Positions 27,147 to 36,862 of a DNA stretch of 64,000 nucleotides are shown piece by piece. The notes below the pieces were generated by a model. That model was not told where the DNA came from and ran no database searches. It was given only the letters and a program-made list of their open reading frames with translations. Positions within the stretch are counted from its first letter, which is position 1; the number at the start of each line of letters is the position of its first letter. The position numbers and the translations under genes are program-made. The DNA is from a virus: positions 1,962 to 65,961 of the IMG/VR virus record IMGVR_UViG_2773858005_000001; one strand, 5' to 3'.

Positions 27147-27385
27147 TAGGGAGGCTAGGGATGGTAGGGAGGGATGATAGTTACTTTAAACACTTTATAT
27201 ATAAATATATTTTATTTATTTTTTATTTACTCTTTTATTATTATTACTATCCCTACTATCCCTACTATCCCTAAAAAGAATAAAGAGTATATATAAATAT
27301 AGTAATAGCAAGGGTTTAGGAGATTTTTTCGTTTTCCCTCAACTATCCCCAAACACTCCCTAAACTATCCCTTGCCCTCCCTAAA
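27147..27385. repeat. Putative phage replication origin (iteron-like repeats around an AT-rich core)
   Basis: TAGGGA x3 (27147-27170), AT-rich 27190-27245, tandem ACTATCCCT x3 (27246-27272), further ACTATCCC copies ~27342-27372; directly downstream of the primase-helicase. Confidence 0.75.
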
Positions 27386-27390
27386 AAATG

Positions 27391-29700
27391 TTAATTGAAG
27401 CTTCTCATATCCAAGTTGTACGGTTGGGATTCATCTAATAATTGAACACCGTCATAAATCATGACTCCATTTGACTTTCTTTTATTAAATTTCCCTGCCA
27501 TTTCTTTACCAAATTTTGTATTGCTCATCATATATTGACCGTTTTTACTAGCCCACTCTCTATATGCCTCATAGAAAACTTTAGCTTTGACCGTTTTTCC
27601 AATGCCAACTACACAACACTCATTAATGAATAATGCTGTTGCATCCATTTCTTCACGATAATCTTTACTAGCCGCTTCAACTATTGCAGGACGTTTTAAA
27701 CCCTCTCTCTGCCATTTTAAGCAGCCCTCAACGGCCCAATTTAAAATACCTACGGATTCACGCTGCAGTTTATATTTAAGGTTCTTATCAACCTTTTCAT
27801 CGGGAATTTGCACATTGAATGGTATTAAATTTAAACGTCTCCAAATTCCATCGTCCGTTCCTCGGATAATTGGCTTATGGTTTGTTGCTAACCACAATTT
27901 AAACTCTGGGTTAAATTCGAACTCTCTACCATACAATTGCCTTGCAGTGACCTTGTCGCCCCCTGTAAGCTGTTTTACTAACCCCTCGTCCAAACGCAAA
28001 CCCTCGTTCGGTTCGCTTGATGTGACGAACCTAGCGCCTTTTAAACGTGCTATATCTGTGTTAGCTCCACCAGATTGCTTTACCATAATTGTGGAAGCCT
28101 GCATGTTAGTCGCATAACTCCCTACAATGTTTGAAATAGCATCTAAAAATATAGATTTACCGTTACGGCCATTACCAAAAAGTATAAAAAGTGATTGCTC
28201 TCGTGTGGATCCAGTGAGTGAATATCCGACTGCTTTTTGAACGTACTCAATCAATTCTTTATCGTTATCGAATATCTGATTAATGAAGTCTATCCATTGT
28301 GGACAATCAATTTTGTTAGTGTATTCAACGTCAGCTATACGTGAGAACATTTTTGCCTGTTCATGGTCATAAAGCTCACCAGTTACTAAATCAAGGTAAC
28401 CATTTTGCACATTTAATAATGTTTTCTCTCTATCGAATTCTTCTGGTAAAACTGCCGTTCTGTGTTCGATTTCAGTCAGCATATTTTTCTTTGATGTAGT
28501 ACCGCGTGATTTTTTAATATGTTTCTGAAATGCTTTTTGCACTTCTTCATCTTCCTTTTCATCGCCTGTAGTAGAAACTTTTTCATTCCTCATGTTTTCT
28601 ACGACTGTATCTGCCATTGTTCTAACGATACCTGTCATGTCCAATTGCCAACTTTTACCGTCATAATAATAAAAAGCTTTATCAATAAATGAAAATCTGA
28701 CATAACCATCATATGTTTCAATGAATCTGTCTGCATTACCTGTATCGTCATACGAGAAAAACTTTTGCGGTTTCTCTTTATCTTCTGTTTTAATGTATAT
28801 TGCGAAATCATCATCTGATTTTCTAGGCTGATAGATATTACCACATTCATGAATCGCTTTATTTAACAATTCAGCTCCGTAGGTGGTGTTTTTACGTTTT
28901 ATATCGTATTTCTCACGCATTAGCTTTGAACTTCTGAATAAACTATCCATCATAGAGAAATCTCTACCTGTCCAAAATGCTAAATCATTAGCAAATGCCA
29001 TATCAGCTTCGGATTGTGAAGTGTAAACTGTTTCCCAACCGCCATATAGACAGATTTCAAAACGTTTGCCTGTTTTACTGGCTAAGGCCTTTTCAATAAC
29101 TTCTGCTTCAGATAGTATGATTCGCTTTTCTTCATCTTTGGGAAGTAGTGAGAGATGCGTAATTTTTTCATGCGATCCGATATATTTTTGATGCAGCGGT
29201 TTAATCGTTTCAGTACAATCAACAATTTTTTGATACTGTTGTGTAACGATATGACCTGTGACAACGAAAAAGCGCCCCTCTTCGTAAAATTCATAATTAC
29301 CTTTTCTACGTCCACCCTCGGGTAAAGTACCTTTACATAGTATGTGGATGCCTGTATTTGACACTGAATATTCAGCGTAACTTTTTAACGTATCAGTGAA
29401 TTCACTGACAAGGTTATTGTCAGTGTCCCCACCTAAATACATCGTTATATCTTCTTGCGCATTATCAATATCCACTCCGAAAACGCCATTCCCTAACATA
29501 AAACCTATGCCATCAAACTCACTGCTCTTTTGTAGAGCAGTTTCAAAGTCTGACCATGTAGCTGAATTATTGCTTTGAGCTAACTTTCCTGTATGTGGAT
29601 TAATCGGTTTCTTAGTAAGTTTGCCATTCTTCTTTGCTGCAGAAGCCCAGCAAACCCACTGGTTCATTTCTTTTAACTCGACCGGAATATGTTCATACAT
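27391..29700 (-). CDS. Primase-polymerase / D5-like SF3 helicase (P4-family primase)
   Basis: N-terminal GIGF..DID..SVSNTGIH; QSEAD; YDDTGNA; Walker A GNGRNGKS. Confidence 0.93.
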   Translation of the reverse strand: MYEHIPVELKEMNQWVCWASAAKKNGKLTKKPINPHTGKLAQSNNSATWSDFETALQKSSEFDGIGFMLGNGVFGVDIDNAQEDITMYLGGDTDNNLVSEFTDTLKSYAEYSVSNTGIHILCKGTLPEGGRRKGNYEFYEEGRFFVVTGHIVTQQYQKIVDCTETIKPLHQKYIGSHEKITHLSLLPKDEEKRIILSEAEVIEKALASKTGKRFEICLYGGWETVYTSQSEADMAFANDLAFWTGRDFSMMDSLFRSSKLMREKYDIKRKNTTYGAELLNKAIHECGNIYQPRKSDDDFAIYIKTEDKEKPQKFFSYDDTGNADRFIETYDGYVRFSFIDKAFYYYDGKSWQLDMTGIVRTMADTVVENMRNEKVSTTGDEKEDEEVQKAFQKHIKKSRGTTSKKNMLTEIEHRTAVLPEEFDREKTLLNVQNGYLDLVTGELYDHEQAKMFSRIADVEYTNKIDCPQWIDFINQIFDNDKELIEYVQKAVGYSLTGSTREQSLFILFGNGRNGKSIFLDAISNIVGSYATNMQASTIMVKQSGGANTDIARLKGARFVTSSEPNEGLRLDEGLVKQLTGGDKVTARQLYGREFEFNPEFKLWLATNHKPIIRGTDDGIWRRLNLIPFNVQIPDEKVDKNLKYKLQRESVGILNWAVEGCLKWQREGLKRPAIVEAASKDYREEMDATALFINECCVVGIGKTVKAKVFYEAYREWASKNGQYMMSNTKFGKEMAGKFNKRKSNGVMIYDGVQLLDESQPYNLDMRSFN

Positions 29701-29720
29701 TAATTACACCCCACTTATGA

Positions 29721-30233
29721 TTAAAACGGTAAATCATTATCTTGGATTTCAAATGGTTTCCCTGCACCTGCAAATGCCTCTGATTGGCTATCGTCTTTAG
29801 TTTTAAATACGTGATTGAATGTCGGGAATTTAGTTGTTTCCCATTTTTTAACGTTTAAGTTGTTGTAAGTTGTGCCGTTATATTCTGATGTTTCATTTTT
29901 AACCGTCACTCGGCAAGTTTTAAGCGTGAAGTCTTGAAGCAATTCATCAAGTGAGTTGTATTGTTTACCGTTCGGTAATTGCAAAGCCTTACCAATCGTA
30001 TTAATCGCTTGTGTGTTAAACTGGCCAGTTTGTTTTGACGCCCAAATTTTATGAAAAACATATTGATTTTTACCTTTTTGCTCAATATCATTACGAACAA
30101 TCATTGATAAGTTGATAAATTCAGTCCCATTTTTAGCTGCATCTTGCTTAGTGAGGTAAACAACAACCTCGTAAGTACCATCTTGTAATCCGCCTTCAAA
30201 AACATTTTCGTGATCTAAAGTAAACATTGACAT
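29721..30233 (-). CDS. DUF669-like single-stranded DNA-binding protein
   Basis: DGTYEV..CRVTVKNETSEYNG..NVKKWE, acidic DDLPF-type tail. Confidence 0.8.
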   Translation of the reverse strand: MSMFTLDHENVFEGGLQDGTYEVVVYLTKQDAAKNGTEFINLSMIVRNDIEQKGKNQYVFHKIWASKQTGQFNTQAINTIGKALQLPNGKQYNSLDELLQDFTLKTCRVTVKNETSEYNGTTYNNLNVKKWETTKFPTFNHVFKTKDDSQSEAFAGAGKPFEIQDNDLPF

Positions 30234-30290
30234 AATAATTTCTCCTTTTGGCTCGTTGGCCTTTTTATTTTTTTGGTTTGGTTTGGTTAG

Positions 30291-30782
30291 TTAAATTTCT
30301 TCTTCGATGTGGTAACCGTCTGGTATATTAAATTTTCCAACTAAATCTGCATATTCTGTGCGTGTGAATTGGGTTTTAATAGTTAGACCATTTTCTGAAA
30401 AATGATGAAAAATAGTGTCATCATTAAAATTGTGATTCAAATAAGATACTGCTAACTCTTCGTGGCTATCTAACCATGCTTTTCTGTATGTGTACTTTTG
30501 GTAACCTGTAACATTTTTGTACAATTCATAAGATAATTTGTGAATTTTATCCATTAACTTATCAGCGTTACCATATTTTTTCAAAGCTGCGTAACGATTA
30601 ATCATTGAAAAATCGTTATCTCCACCATCCGAACAAATCAATAAACACTCTTCGTTTTTGGAAATAGATATTTTTATCATTTTTTCAGATAAAAATCTAG
30701 TTTTAACAACGAGTCCATCGTCCATTTCTTTAACTTCTTCTCTAAATTTATTAAAAACATTAATACCTACTCGATTATCCAC
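30291..30782 (-). CDS. Hypothetical protein
   Basis: 163 aa ORF with GGAGG RBS. Confidence 0.6.
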   Translation of the reverse strand: MDNRVGINVFNKFREEVKEMDDGLVVKTRFLSEKMIKISISKNEECLLICSDGGDNDFSMINRYAALKKYGNADKLMDKIHKLSYELYKNVTGYQKYTYRKAWLDSHEELAVSYLNHNFNDDTIFHHFSENGLTIKTQFTRTEYADLVGKFNIPDGYHIEEEI

Positions 30783-30794
30783 ATTCAGCCCTCC

Positions 30795-32144
30795 TTATCT
30801 AATCCCTAACCGTTTAGCTTGGACCCACGCCCAACCTTTTTTGTAATTTTTTTCTTTCGCAAGCTCCTGCAACTCTTTCAAACTGCTGCATTCCTCTGCT
30901 GTTTTAAAATTCAGCTTCATTTCAAACTTATCAACTTTTTCAAGGTCTTGGTCTACTTCTTCGTATACCGTTTCTTTCACCTCGATTGGCTGTTCATGCC
31001 CACAGTATGGACATTTGCGGTCAATGCCTGCATAAGTACCAAAACACTGGACACACGTTTTTACAGGTGTTTCAATATCGTATTTCGCTTTCTTTTTAGT
31101 GTTTAACGTCCACTGACGGCTCATATCTGGCAAACCGAATGTATTCACATTAGCTACATGGTCAATGATGATAGAGCGTTTATTCGGCTTATAACGCATA
31201 CCTCGCATGGATTGCTGTATATACAGCGATAATGATTTTGTAGGTCTTAGCATTATTACCGTGGAGCAATCGGGAACGTCAAAACCCTCACCGATTAAAT
31301 CCACATTGCAAAGGACCTTAATCGCTTTATCTCGGAACGCTTGTATAATATCGTCACGTTCCTTTTTATTCGTCTTCGCATCAATATGTTTTGCTGTTAT
31401 GCCTGCATCATTGAATGCCTGTGCTGTTTTCAAACTACTATCTAAGCTGTGGCAGTAAGCGATAGCTTGCTCTCCCTCAGCTAATTTAAGATAGTGTTTT
31501 ATCACATCACCGTAGATTGCTTTGTGTGTTTCCATTTCCTTATCAATAGATTGCTTAGTAAATTCCTTTAAGTGACCTATCTTTAAGTTTTCTTGCTGCA
31601 TGAGCTTTGGTGCATAGTAATCATAAGGTGCTAAACGTTCGTTTTCGATTAACCATTCAACCGACACACCTTCTATTAGAATGTCGTTGATTCCACCCAA
31701 TCCGTCACCGTTTAAACGTACTGGTGTTGCTGTGAAACCTAAGCGCCTTACGTCACTGAAATAGTCATAAATCTTTTGATAAGATGCTGCTAAACCATGA
31801 TGCGATTCATCAGTGATAATTAAATCGGGCGTAAGAGTTTTATCTAAGTTTCTTACAATTGTTTGGACCATTGCGAATTGCACATAGTTGGTATCTACTC
31901 CCACAAACTCGAATGTGTTTTTAATCTGATCTATCAATTCTTTACGGTGGACTAAAAACAACACTCGTTTTTTATTTGCAGTTGTTTTCCGAGATATTTC
32001 AGCAATCATAATTGATTTACCAGAACCACATGGACTTACGATACAAGGTGATTTATAACCTGTCGAAAACGCTTCACGTGTTCGTTTGATTAGGTCCTCT
32101 TGATAGTCGTAAAGTTTAATCGTCATACTGTACCAAATCTTCAA
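30795..32144 (-). CDS. SF2 (DEAD/ResIII-like) helicase
   Basis: PCGSGKS, DESHH, TATP, QQSMRGMR, C-terminal CxxC..CPYC. Confidence 0.93.
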   Translation of the reverse strand: MKIWYSMTIKLYDYQEDLIKRTREAFSTGYKSPCIVSPCGSGKSIMIAEISRKTTANKKRVLFLVHRKELIDQIKNTFEFVGVDTNYVQFAMVQTIVRNLDKTLTPDLIITDESHHGLAASYQKIYDYFSDVRRLGFTATPVRLNGDGLGGINDILIEGVSVEWLIENERLAPYDYYAPKLMQQENLKIGHLKEFTKQSIDKEMETHKAIYGDVIKHYLKLAEGEQAIAYCHSLDSSLKTAQAFNDAGITAKHIDAKTNKKERDDIIQAFRDKAIKVLCNVDLIGEGFDVPDCSTVIMLRPTKSLSLYIQQSMRGMRYKPNKRSIIIDHVANVNTFGLPDMSRQWTLNTKKKAKYDIETPVKTCVQCFGTYAGIDRKCPYCGHEQPIEVKETVYEEVDQDLEKVDKFEMKLNFKTAEECSSLKELQELAKEKNYKKGWAWVQAKRLGIR

Positions 32145-32781
32145 CTAAGCATCCTGGACGTTCATCAATTTGATTTTTCACAAATACTCCTGGAGATGGT
32201 TCTAAGATAAAACCTCTCGTTTTTTTCTCTGGATTGATTGCTAACTTACCTACGACATCACACAAGCCCATGACGTTATCAACTATCTTAGAAGATATTT
32301 GTGGTAAAAATCTGTTGAAAATTTGACCGCCCTCCGTTTGAAATTGGTCTGTTGTTTCCCACGCTGTAATAAAAATATCTTTATCAATATTTTTCAACGA
32401 ACGTATTGCTCCCATAATATAAAACTGCATACGTTGGTAATCCGCCATTGATGGAACTAAGTTATTTTTTCCTGTTCGTCCCATTTCAGCTAATAAAGCT
32501 CGTTCTAATTCTGAAATATTATCAATGAAAATATTGTCATAATCAGACGTTTTACAAAATGTGATTACCTCACCGAATGAATCCCATGGATTTTCAGTGT
32601 TAACTTTCACTATTTCGATATTAGGGATACCTTTTAAAACTCCTGTGGTCTTATCTATATCCACAACTAAAGTTTTACCTTTTAAATATTTAGCAACTGT
32701 GGTTTTACCTGTCCCTGGCTGCGCATATATCAAGCGCATTGTATTGCGCCTTACTAAATCTTCCGCTTTCGTAATTTCCAT
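32116..32781 (-). CDS. AAA_24 / Sak4-like recombinase
   Basis: LIYAQPGTGKT, IFIDNISE, ITAWE; precedes helicase and SSB. Confidence 0.85.
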   Translation of the reverse strand: MEITKAEDLVRRNTMRLIYAQPGTGKTTVAKYLKGKTLVVDIDKTTGVLKGIPNIEIVKVNTENPWDSFGEVITFCKTSDYDNIFIDNISELERALLAEMGRTGKNNLVPSMADYQRMQFYIMGAIRSLKNIDKDIFITAWETTDQFQTEGGQIFNRFLPQISSKIVDNVMGLCDVVGKLAINPEKKTRGFILEPSPGVFVKNQIDERPGCLVEDLVQYDD

Positions 32782-33027
32782 TTAATCATCACCAACCGTT
32801 TCAGATTTTATTTCTTCTAACTTTTCGATTACATCTTCATAGCCACATTCTTCTAAATACCACTCAAGCTCCGCTAAAACTTTGTGAGCAGGATTCGTAT
32901 CGTTGTAGAACGATTGAACAAATGTATAATTAGAATTTTCTAAAACTCCTTCAAAACTAACATGGAAATTATCGGCACCCATTTCTTCCATCAATTCAAA
33001 TTTTGCTTTTAACTCTTCCTTCTTCAT
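32782..33027 (-). CDS. Hypothetical acidic protein
   Basis: 81 aa ORF with RBS. Confidence 0.55.
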   Translation of the reverse strand: MKKEELKAKFELMEEMGADNFHVSFEGVLENSNYTFVQSFYNDTNPAHKVLAELEWYLEECGYEDVIEKLEEIKSETVGDD

Positions 33028-33039
33028 TTAACTAACCCC

Positions 33040-33519
33040 CTATTTAATTGCTAACGTTTGACTTCGTTTAAGTGATACTCCTTTAATTTCAGCACCATTT
33101 TTAAGCGCTGATTTTAAAGTAGCCTTGCTGATTTCACGCTTAGTTACATAAAAATCGTCTGGAATGCCCTTATCATCTTCAATAACTACACTCTCAGCAT
33201 TGTTGCGAACACTGAATGTGAATAAATCAGTTGTGATTTTCGTTGTATCAGTTGCATTCATGCTGTCTAATAGATTTAGTTTCATGTTTGCGATGTTTTT
33301 TTCAGTACGCTTACGCATATCAGATAAACGTATTTCTTCATTTTTAATGGTTTGCGCATGCCCTTGCAGTTCTTGAATCACTCGGGCATAACCGTCAGCT
33401 TTATCTTCAATCGCTAGGTTAAGGCTCTCTAGCGTATCTTTGAAAATCTCTGGATCACTCGTTGTTGCGAGTTCCTTCAATTGGATTGCTTGATTGGTTA
33501 ATTCGTATAGTGTGGACAT
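33040..33519 (-). CDS. Siphovirus Gp157-family protein
   Basis: MSTLYELT..IEDKADGYARVI..KTALKNGAEIKG-like end. Confidence 0.9.
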   Translation of the reverse strand: MSTLYELTNQAIQLKELATTSDPEIFKDTLESLNLAIEDKADGYARVIQELQGHAQTIKNEEIRLSDMRKRTEKNIANMKLNLLDSMNATDTTKITTDLFTFSVRNNAESVVIEDDKGIPDDFYVTKREISKATLKSALKNGAEIKGVSLKRSQTLAIK

Positions 33520-33695
33520 TATTTGACCTCCTTTTTATAAATAATTAAGGCATGATAGAAATGCTTTCCTTCAAAAACTGTTGCTGAAAACTCTATATTT
33601 TCAATAACCAATGAATTAATAAACAAAAACTCATTTATCTGAATATCCAAATGCTGTGGGTTTGTTGCGTTAAATGTTTTTATCTTGTTCATCAT
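33519..33695 (-). CDS. Small Cse60/DUF2758-like protein
   Basis: KIKTF..LDIQINEFL..IENIEFS..YHALIIY; start moved to the ATG after the GGAGG RBS. Confidence 0.55.
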   Translation of the reverse strand: MMNKIKTFNATNPQHLDIQINEFLFINSLVIENIEFSATVFEGKHFYHALIIYKKEVK

Positions 33696-34666
33696 TTGAC
33701 CTCCTCTACAAAATCGTGGCGCCACTCAACTGGTGTGATGAGTTTTAAATCGGCTACTCTTGACCACGTGTTGCTGTTAGTTGCAGTTTTATTTCCGTTA
33801 TCTTTTAGATGTATCGGCATCGAAGACCCGTCTACCGAATCAACCTCGAAAATATATCCTGCACGACCTCTATAGCCACCACCGAAACCGTCCAACAACT
33901 CCACTAAATCACCGACTTTATACTCGTCTTTCTCACGACCGATTAACGTCTGTAAGTGTGATTTTTCTTCTTCGGTTGCGTGGCGGATATACGATTTATC
34001 TGCATAAGTTTGTTCACCATCTGAGTACCACTGGATTTTATACTCCTGTTCTGAATCTAATTCACACAGTATAAACGCAAAACGTCCATTCACAGAAATA
34101 GCATCGCCAATATCAAACTTAACCTCTTTTGGATTCGTAGCTTCTGCGATTTCAGCATCGGTTGCTCGGCGGACGTCTGTGTATCGAACGTTCCAATTTG
34201 CAGACCCGTCAATTTTATCCGCTTTAAAAGCTACAGGTGAATAATGTTCAGTAACTTTAATAACGTCAGCAATTTCGAAACCGTGGTAGTTAGTATTATC
34301 CGTAATCACAAAATACTCGCCAACCTTAACGTTCTCATATGATAATACTTCTTCGGGTTCTTCTTTGATGAGTTCGAGCGATGATGGCGGATATACTGCC
34401 TTGTAACCATCTTCTTGTTTAACGGATACATCCCCGTCGCCCCAAATTTTCGTTACATTTCCTTTGCCGCCGATGTATTTTCCCTGACTCTGGTAAGCAG
34501 AACTACCGACAACTTTTACCGTATCACCAACTTTAAACTCCGTAGTTGCCTCTGCTAAACTTTCCTCAACCGCTTCAGCAGCCTTTTCAATATCAACACC
34601 TGCAAGTTCCTTTAATTCTGTTGTTGAAAATTCCCCTACCAATTGCCCATCTTTATAAAGTTTCAT
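33692..34666 (-). CDS. Protein with tandem KOW/SH3-like modules
   Basis: Repeated FKVGDTV / VKVGEYF / FDIGDAI / YKVGDLV modules with RxAT-E-E linkers. Confidence 0.7.
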   Translation of the reverse strand: MKLYKDGQLVGEFSTTELKELAGVDIEKAAEAVEESLAEATTEFKVGDTVKVVGSSAYQSQGKYIGGKGNVTKIWGDGDVSVKQEDGYKAVYPPSSLELIKEEPEEVLSYENVKVGEYFVITDNTNYHGFEIADVIKVTEHYSPVAFKADKIDGSANWNVRYTDVRRATDAEIAEATNPKEVKFDIGDAISVNGRFAFILCELDSEQEYKIQWYSDGEQTYADKSYIRHATEEEKSHLQTLIGREKDEYKVGDLVELLDGFGGGYRGRAGYIFEVDSVDGSSMPIHLKDNGNKTATNSNTWSRVADLKLITPVEWRHDFVEEVK

Positions 34667-34686
34667 TTTATCCGCTCCTTTAGTTT

Positions 34687-34887
34687 TTATAATTCGTCAA
34701 GGTACTCGCCTAAACGATTGTATGTTTCGATTGAATCTAGTTGACTAGTATCTACCTGTTGGTGAATGAGTTGCAATCTTGCATCCGAATCATTGTAAGC
34801 ATCCGTATTTGATAACATTTCATAGATATAAGCCAGTTCAGCATTTGTTAAATTTAAGGTTGCTTGTTCGTTCCAAAGTTTAGGCAT
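34687..34887 (-). CDS. Hypothetical protein
   Basis: 66 aa, GAGGAG RBS. Confidence 0.55.
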   Translation of the reverse strand: MPKLWNEQATLNLTNAELAYIYEMLSNTDAYNDSDARLQLIHQQVDTSQLDSIETYNRLGEYLDEL

Positions 34888-34940
34888 CTATTCACTCCTC
34901 AATGTGGTATAATAAAGCCATAAATATTTGATTTAGTTGA

Positions 34941-35144
34941 CTAACTAACGGGTGCGACCGTTGTTGGTCTTTTTTTATAGTTATTATCAATAATGTGTTT
35001 CGCTATCTCATACATCTCTGTACCGTCATTCAGACGTACACAGTACGAGTTATCTAACACACTGGTGATGATAATTACCTCCATACGTTCAGAAGCTAAC
35101 TCACCTGTTTTAATAACATCTAAAACATCGTATTGTTTAAACAT
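34941..35144 (-). CDS. Hypothetical protein
   Basis: 67 aa, GGAGG RBS. Confidence 0.55.
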   Translation of the reverse strand: MFKQYDVLDVIKTGELASERMEVIIITSVLDNSYCVRLNDGTEMYEIAKHIIDNNYKKRPTTVAPVS

Positions 35145-35318
35145 TTACTCACCTCCCTTCACGTATCTACGGTATTGAGTACTCGTATCAATAATGTTAT
35201 TGAAGTATTTCTTACGTTTACTCTTTGCAGTCATTTCAGAAATCATTACATCGTAGATAACGTAACTAATCGGAATCGCTCCGAATACAGCAACTAAAAT
35301 CCAGTAAAGTGTTGGCAT
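35145..35318 (-). CDS. Small membrane protein (57 aa), not in the ORF track
   Basis: GAGG RBS; MPTLYWILVAVFGAIPISYVIYDVMISEMTAKSKRKKYF... Confidence 0.55.
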   Translation of the reverse strand: MPTLYWILVAVFGAIPISYVIYDVMISEMTAKSKRKKYFNNIIDTSTQYRRYVKGGE

Positions 35319-35334
35319 TATTTGTACACCTCTC

Positions 35335-35637
35335 TCAATCTATTTTTTTACCGCATTCTTGATACATCCACTCACGGACTCTTTGAGCGTTATAGACTAA
35401 TTTTGTACTGTCTGTGTACAATTCGCAGTAATTTCTAAAGCTGATATTTTTTAACAAATGTTGTTCAGCCCAAGAACGTGATACTTTCAATTCTTGCAAA
35501 AGTGTTTTTATATCCCACATAGTGCCGTTATATCGTTCTTCAAAAGATTCACGAAGCACTGGATATAAAGCTTCAAATAAATCTGTTTTCAATTCATCTT
35601 TCATATTAGAAAGAAAGTCTTCCTTAAATACATTCAT
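35335..35637 (-). CDS. Excisionase-like / DUF771-like winged-helix protein
   Basis: MWDIKTLLQELKVSRSWAEQHLL..VYNAQRVREWM; position after cro. Confidence 0.5.
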   Translation of the reverse strand: MNVFKEDFLSNMKDELKTDLFEALYPVLRESFEERYNGTMWDIKTLLQELKVSRSWAEQHLLKNISFRNYCELYTDSTKLVYNAQRVREWMYQECGKKID

Positions 35638-35653
35638 TTCAATTCCTCCTTTC

Positions 35654-35932
35654 CTATACATTTTGTAATTCTCTTTCCTCTGCCAACGTAACGCTAAAAG
35701 CGTTACTATCGCCAAAAAAAATATAATTCATTGGACAAGCATATAACTCAGATGCTTTAACCATATCTTCGAAGTTCATTCGACTGGAATTTGATTCCCA
35801 GTTTTTCAATGTTTTTCGTGATACACCAAATTTAGATGCCGCTTCTATTTGTGTCATACAAGCTCTTGCACGTAAACTTTTCATAGTTTGCTTAGCGAAG
35901 TTAGGAATTTTTGTTTCGTTCATTATTATCAC
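35654..35932 (-). CDS. cro: Cro-like HTH repressor
   Basis: LRARACMTQIEAASKFGVSRKTLKNWE; divergent from CI. Confidence 0.85.
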   Translation of the reverse strand: MIIMNETKIPNFAKQTMKSLRARACMTQIEAASKFGVSRKTLKNWESNSSRMNFEDMVKASELYACPMNYIFFGDSNAFSVTLAEERELQNV

Positions 35933-36054
35933 CTCTCTTTCGATAAATTAATATTATCACGCTAAAAGCGTTATTGCAACCTTAATTACCCCAAAAGCGT
36001 TAAAATCTCCCCTAAAAGCGTAAAAAAAGTTTACTTTTAACGCTTTTTACGGTA
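35689..36054. promoter_or_regulatory. Lysis/lysogeny switch: five 17-bp operators (consensus TAACGCTnnnAGCGTTA) and divergent promoters
   Basis: Sites 35689-705, 35957-973, 35986-36002, 36007-023, 36038-054; cro promoter TTGCAA-17-TAATAT (minus); cI promoter TTTACT-17-TATAGT (plus). Confidence 0.85.
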
Positions 36055-36094
36055 TAGTAATTATAGAAGCATATATGGAAGGAATTGAAAAACG

Positions 36095-36787
36095 ATGAGC
36101 AATGATGTCGCAAAAAAAATATTTTCAAAAAATTTAAATAAACTTATCAAAAAAAATAAAATAACTGTTATGAATTTGTCTGAAAAACTTGATATTTCAT
36201 ATTCTACAGTTTCAGATTGGAAGAATGGAAAGAAAATGCCGCGCGGAGGTTCACTACAGAAACTATCTGACTTCTTCAATGTAAACTTGTCTACATTGTT
36301 AGATGATTCTCCTGAAGAAGAATTTAACAATACTGTAGAAAACATCTCTCAAAATGTAAAAACGCTCCCTCTTTATGGAAACGTTGCGGCAGGTGCTATT
36401 GCTGAAATTGAGGGTGTTGATGTATGGAATGTGGAAACAATAGATATTCCTAGCGTGATGTTAGGACGTTATGCAAATGATGATCACTTGTTTTCTATGT
36501 ATGTGAATGGGGATTCAATGGATAAAGTTATTCCTAGCGGGTCAATCATTGCTGTAAAAACACTTGAAGATAATTTATATAAAGATGGCGACATTGTTAT
36601 ATTCAGTCACCACGGTGAGTATTCATTAAAAAGATACCGCCCTTCTATGATAGAAGGTTTTGTAATATTCGAACCAGATTCAAACAATCCAGACTTTAAA
36701 AACATACCAATTAACAACTCATCGCTTCATGAAGCAAATGAGGTAAGTATCTACGGTAAAGTTATATTTTATTCAACCACACTATAA
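36095..36787 (+). CDS. cI: CI-like repressor with LexA/S24 autopeptidase domain
   Basis: N-terminal HTH; VAAG cleavage site, GDSM serine, LKRY lysine. Confidence 0.93.
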   Translation: MSNDVAKKIFSKNLNKLIKKNKITVMNLSEKLDISYSTVSDWKNGKKMPRGGSLQKLSDFFNVNLSTLLDDSPEEEFNNTVENISQNVKTLPLYGNVAAGAIAEIEGVDVWNVETIDIPSVMLGRYANDDHLFSMYVNGDSMDKVIPSGSIIAVKTLEDNLYKDGDIVIFSHHGEYSLKRYRPSMIEGFVIFEPDSNNPDFKNIPINNSSLHEANEVSIYGKVIFYSTTL

Positions 36788-36862
36788 AAAAGACTAGCCA
36801 GTGCTGATACACTGCTAGTCTTCATGGTATAGAAACTTACAACTATATTATATCATGGGGGA

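Noticed and set aside
27246-27272. Tandem ACTATCCCT repeats as a CRISPR array
   Set aside because: 9-bp units with no spacers and no cas genes; position after the primase fits an origin.
33696-33725. Upstream start of the 33519-33725 ORF; similar extensions of 35335-35715, 49745-50059, 43801-44757
   Set aside because: Better Shine-Dalgarno sequences lie in front of downstream ATGs, so the starts were trimmed.
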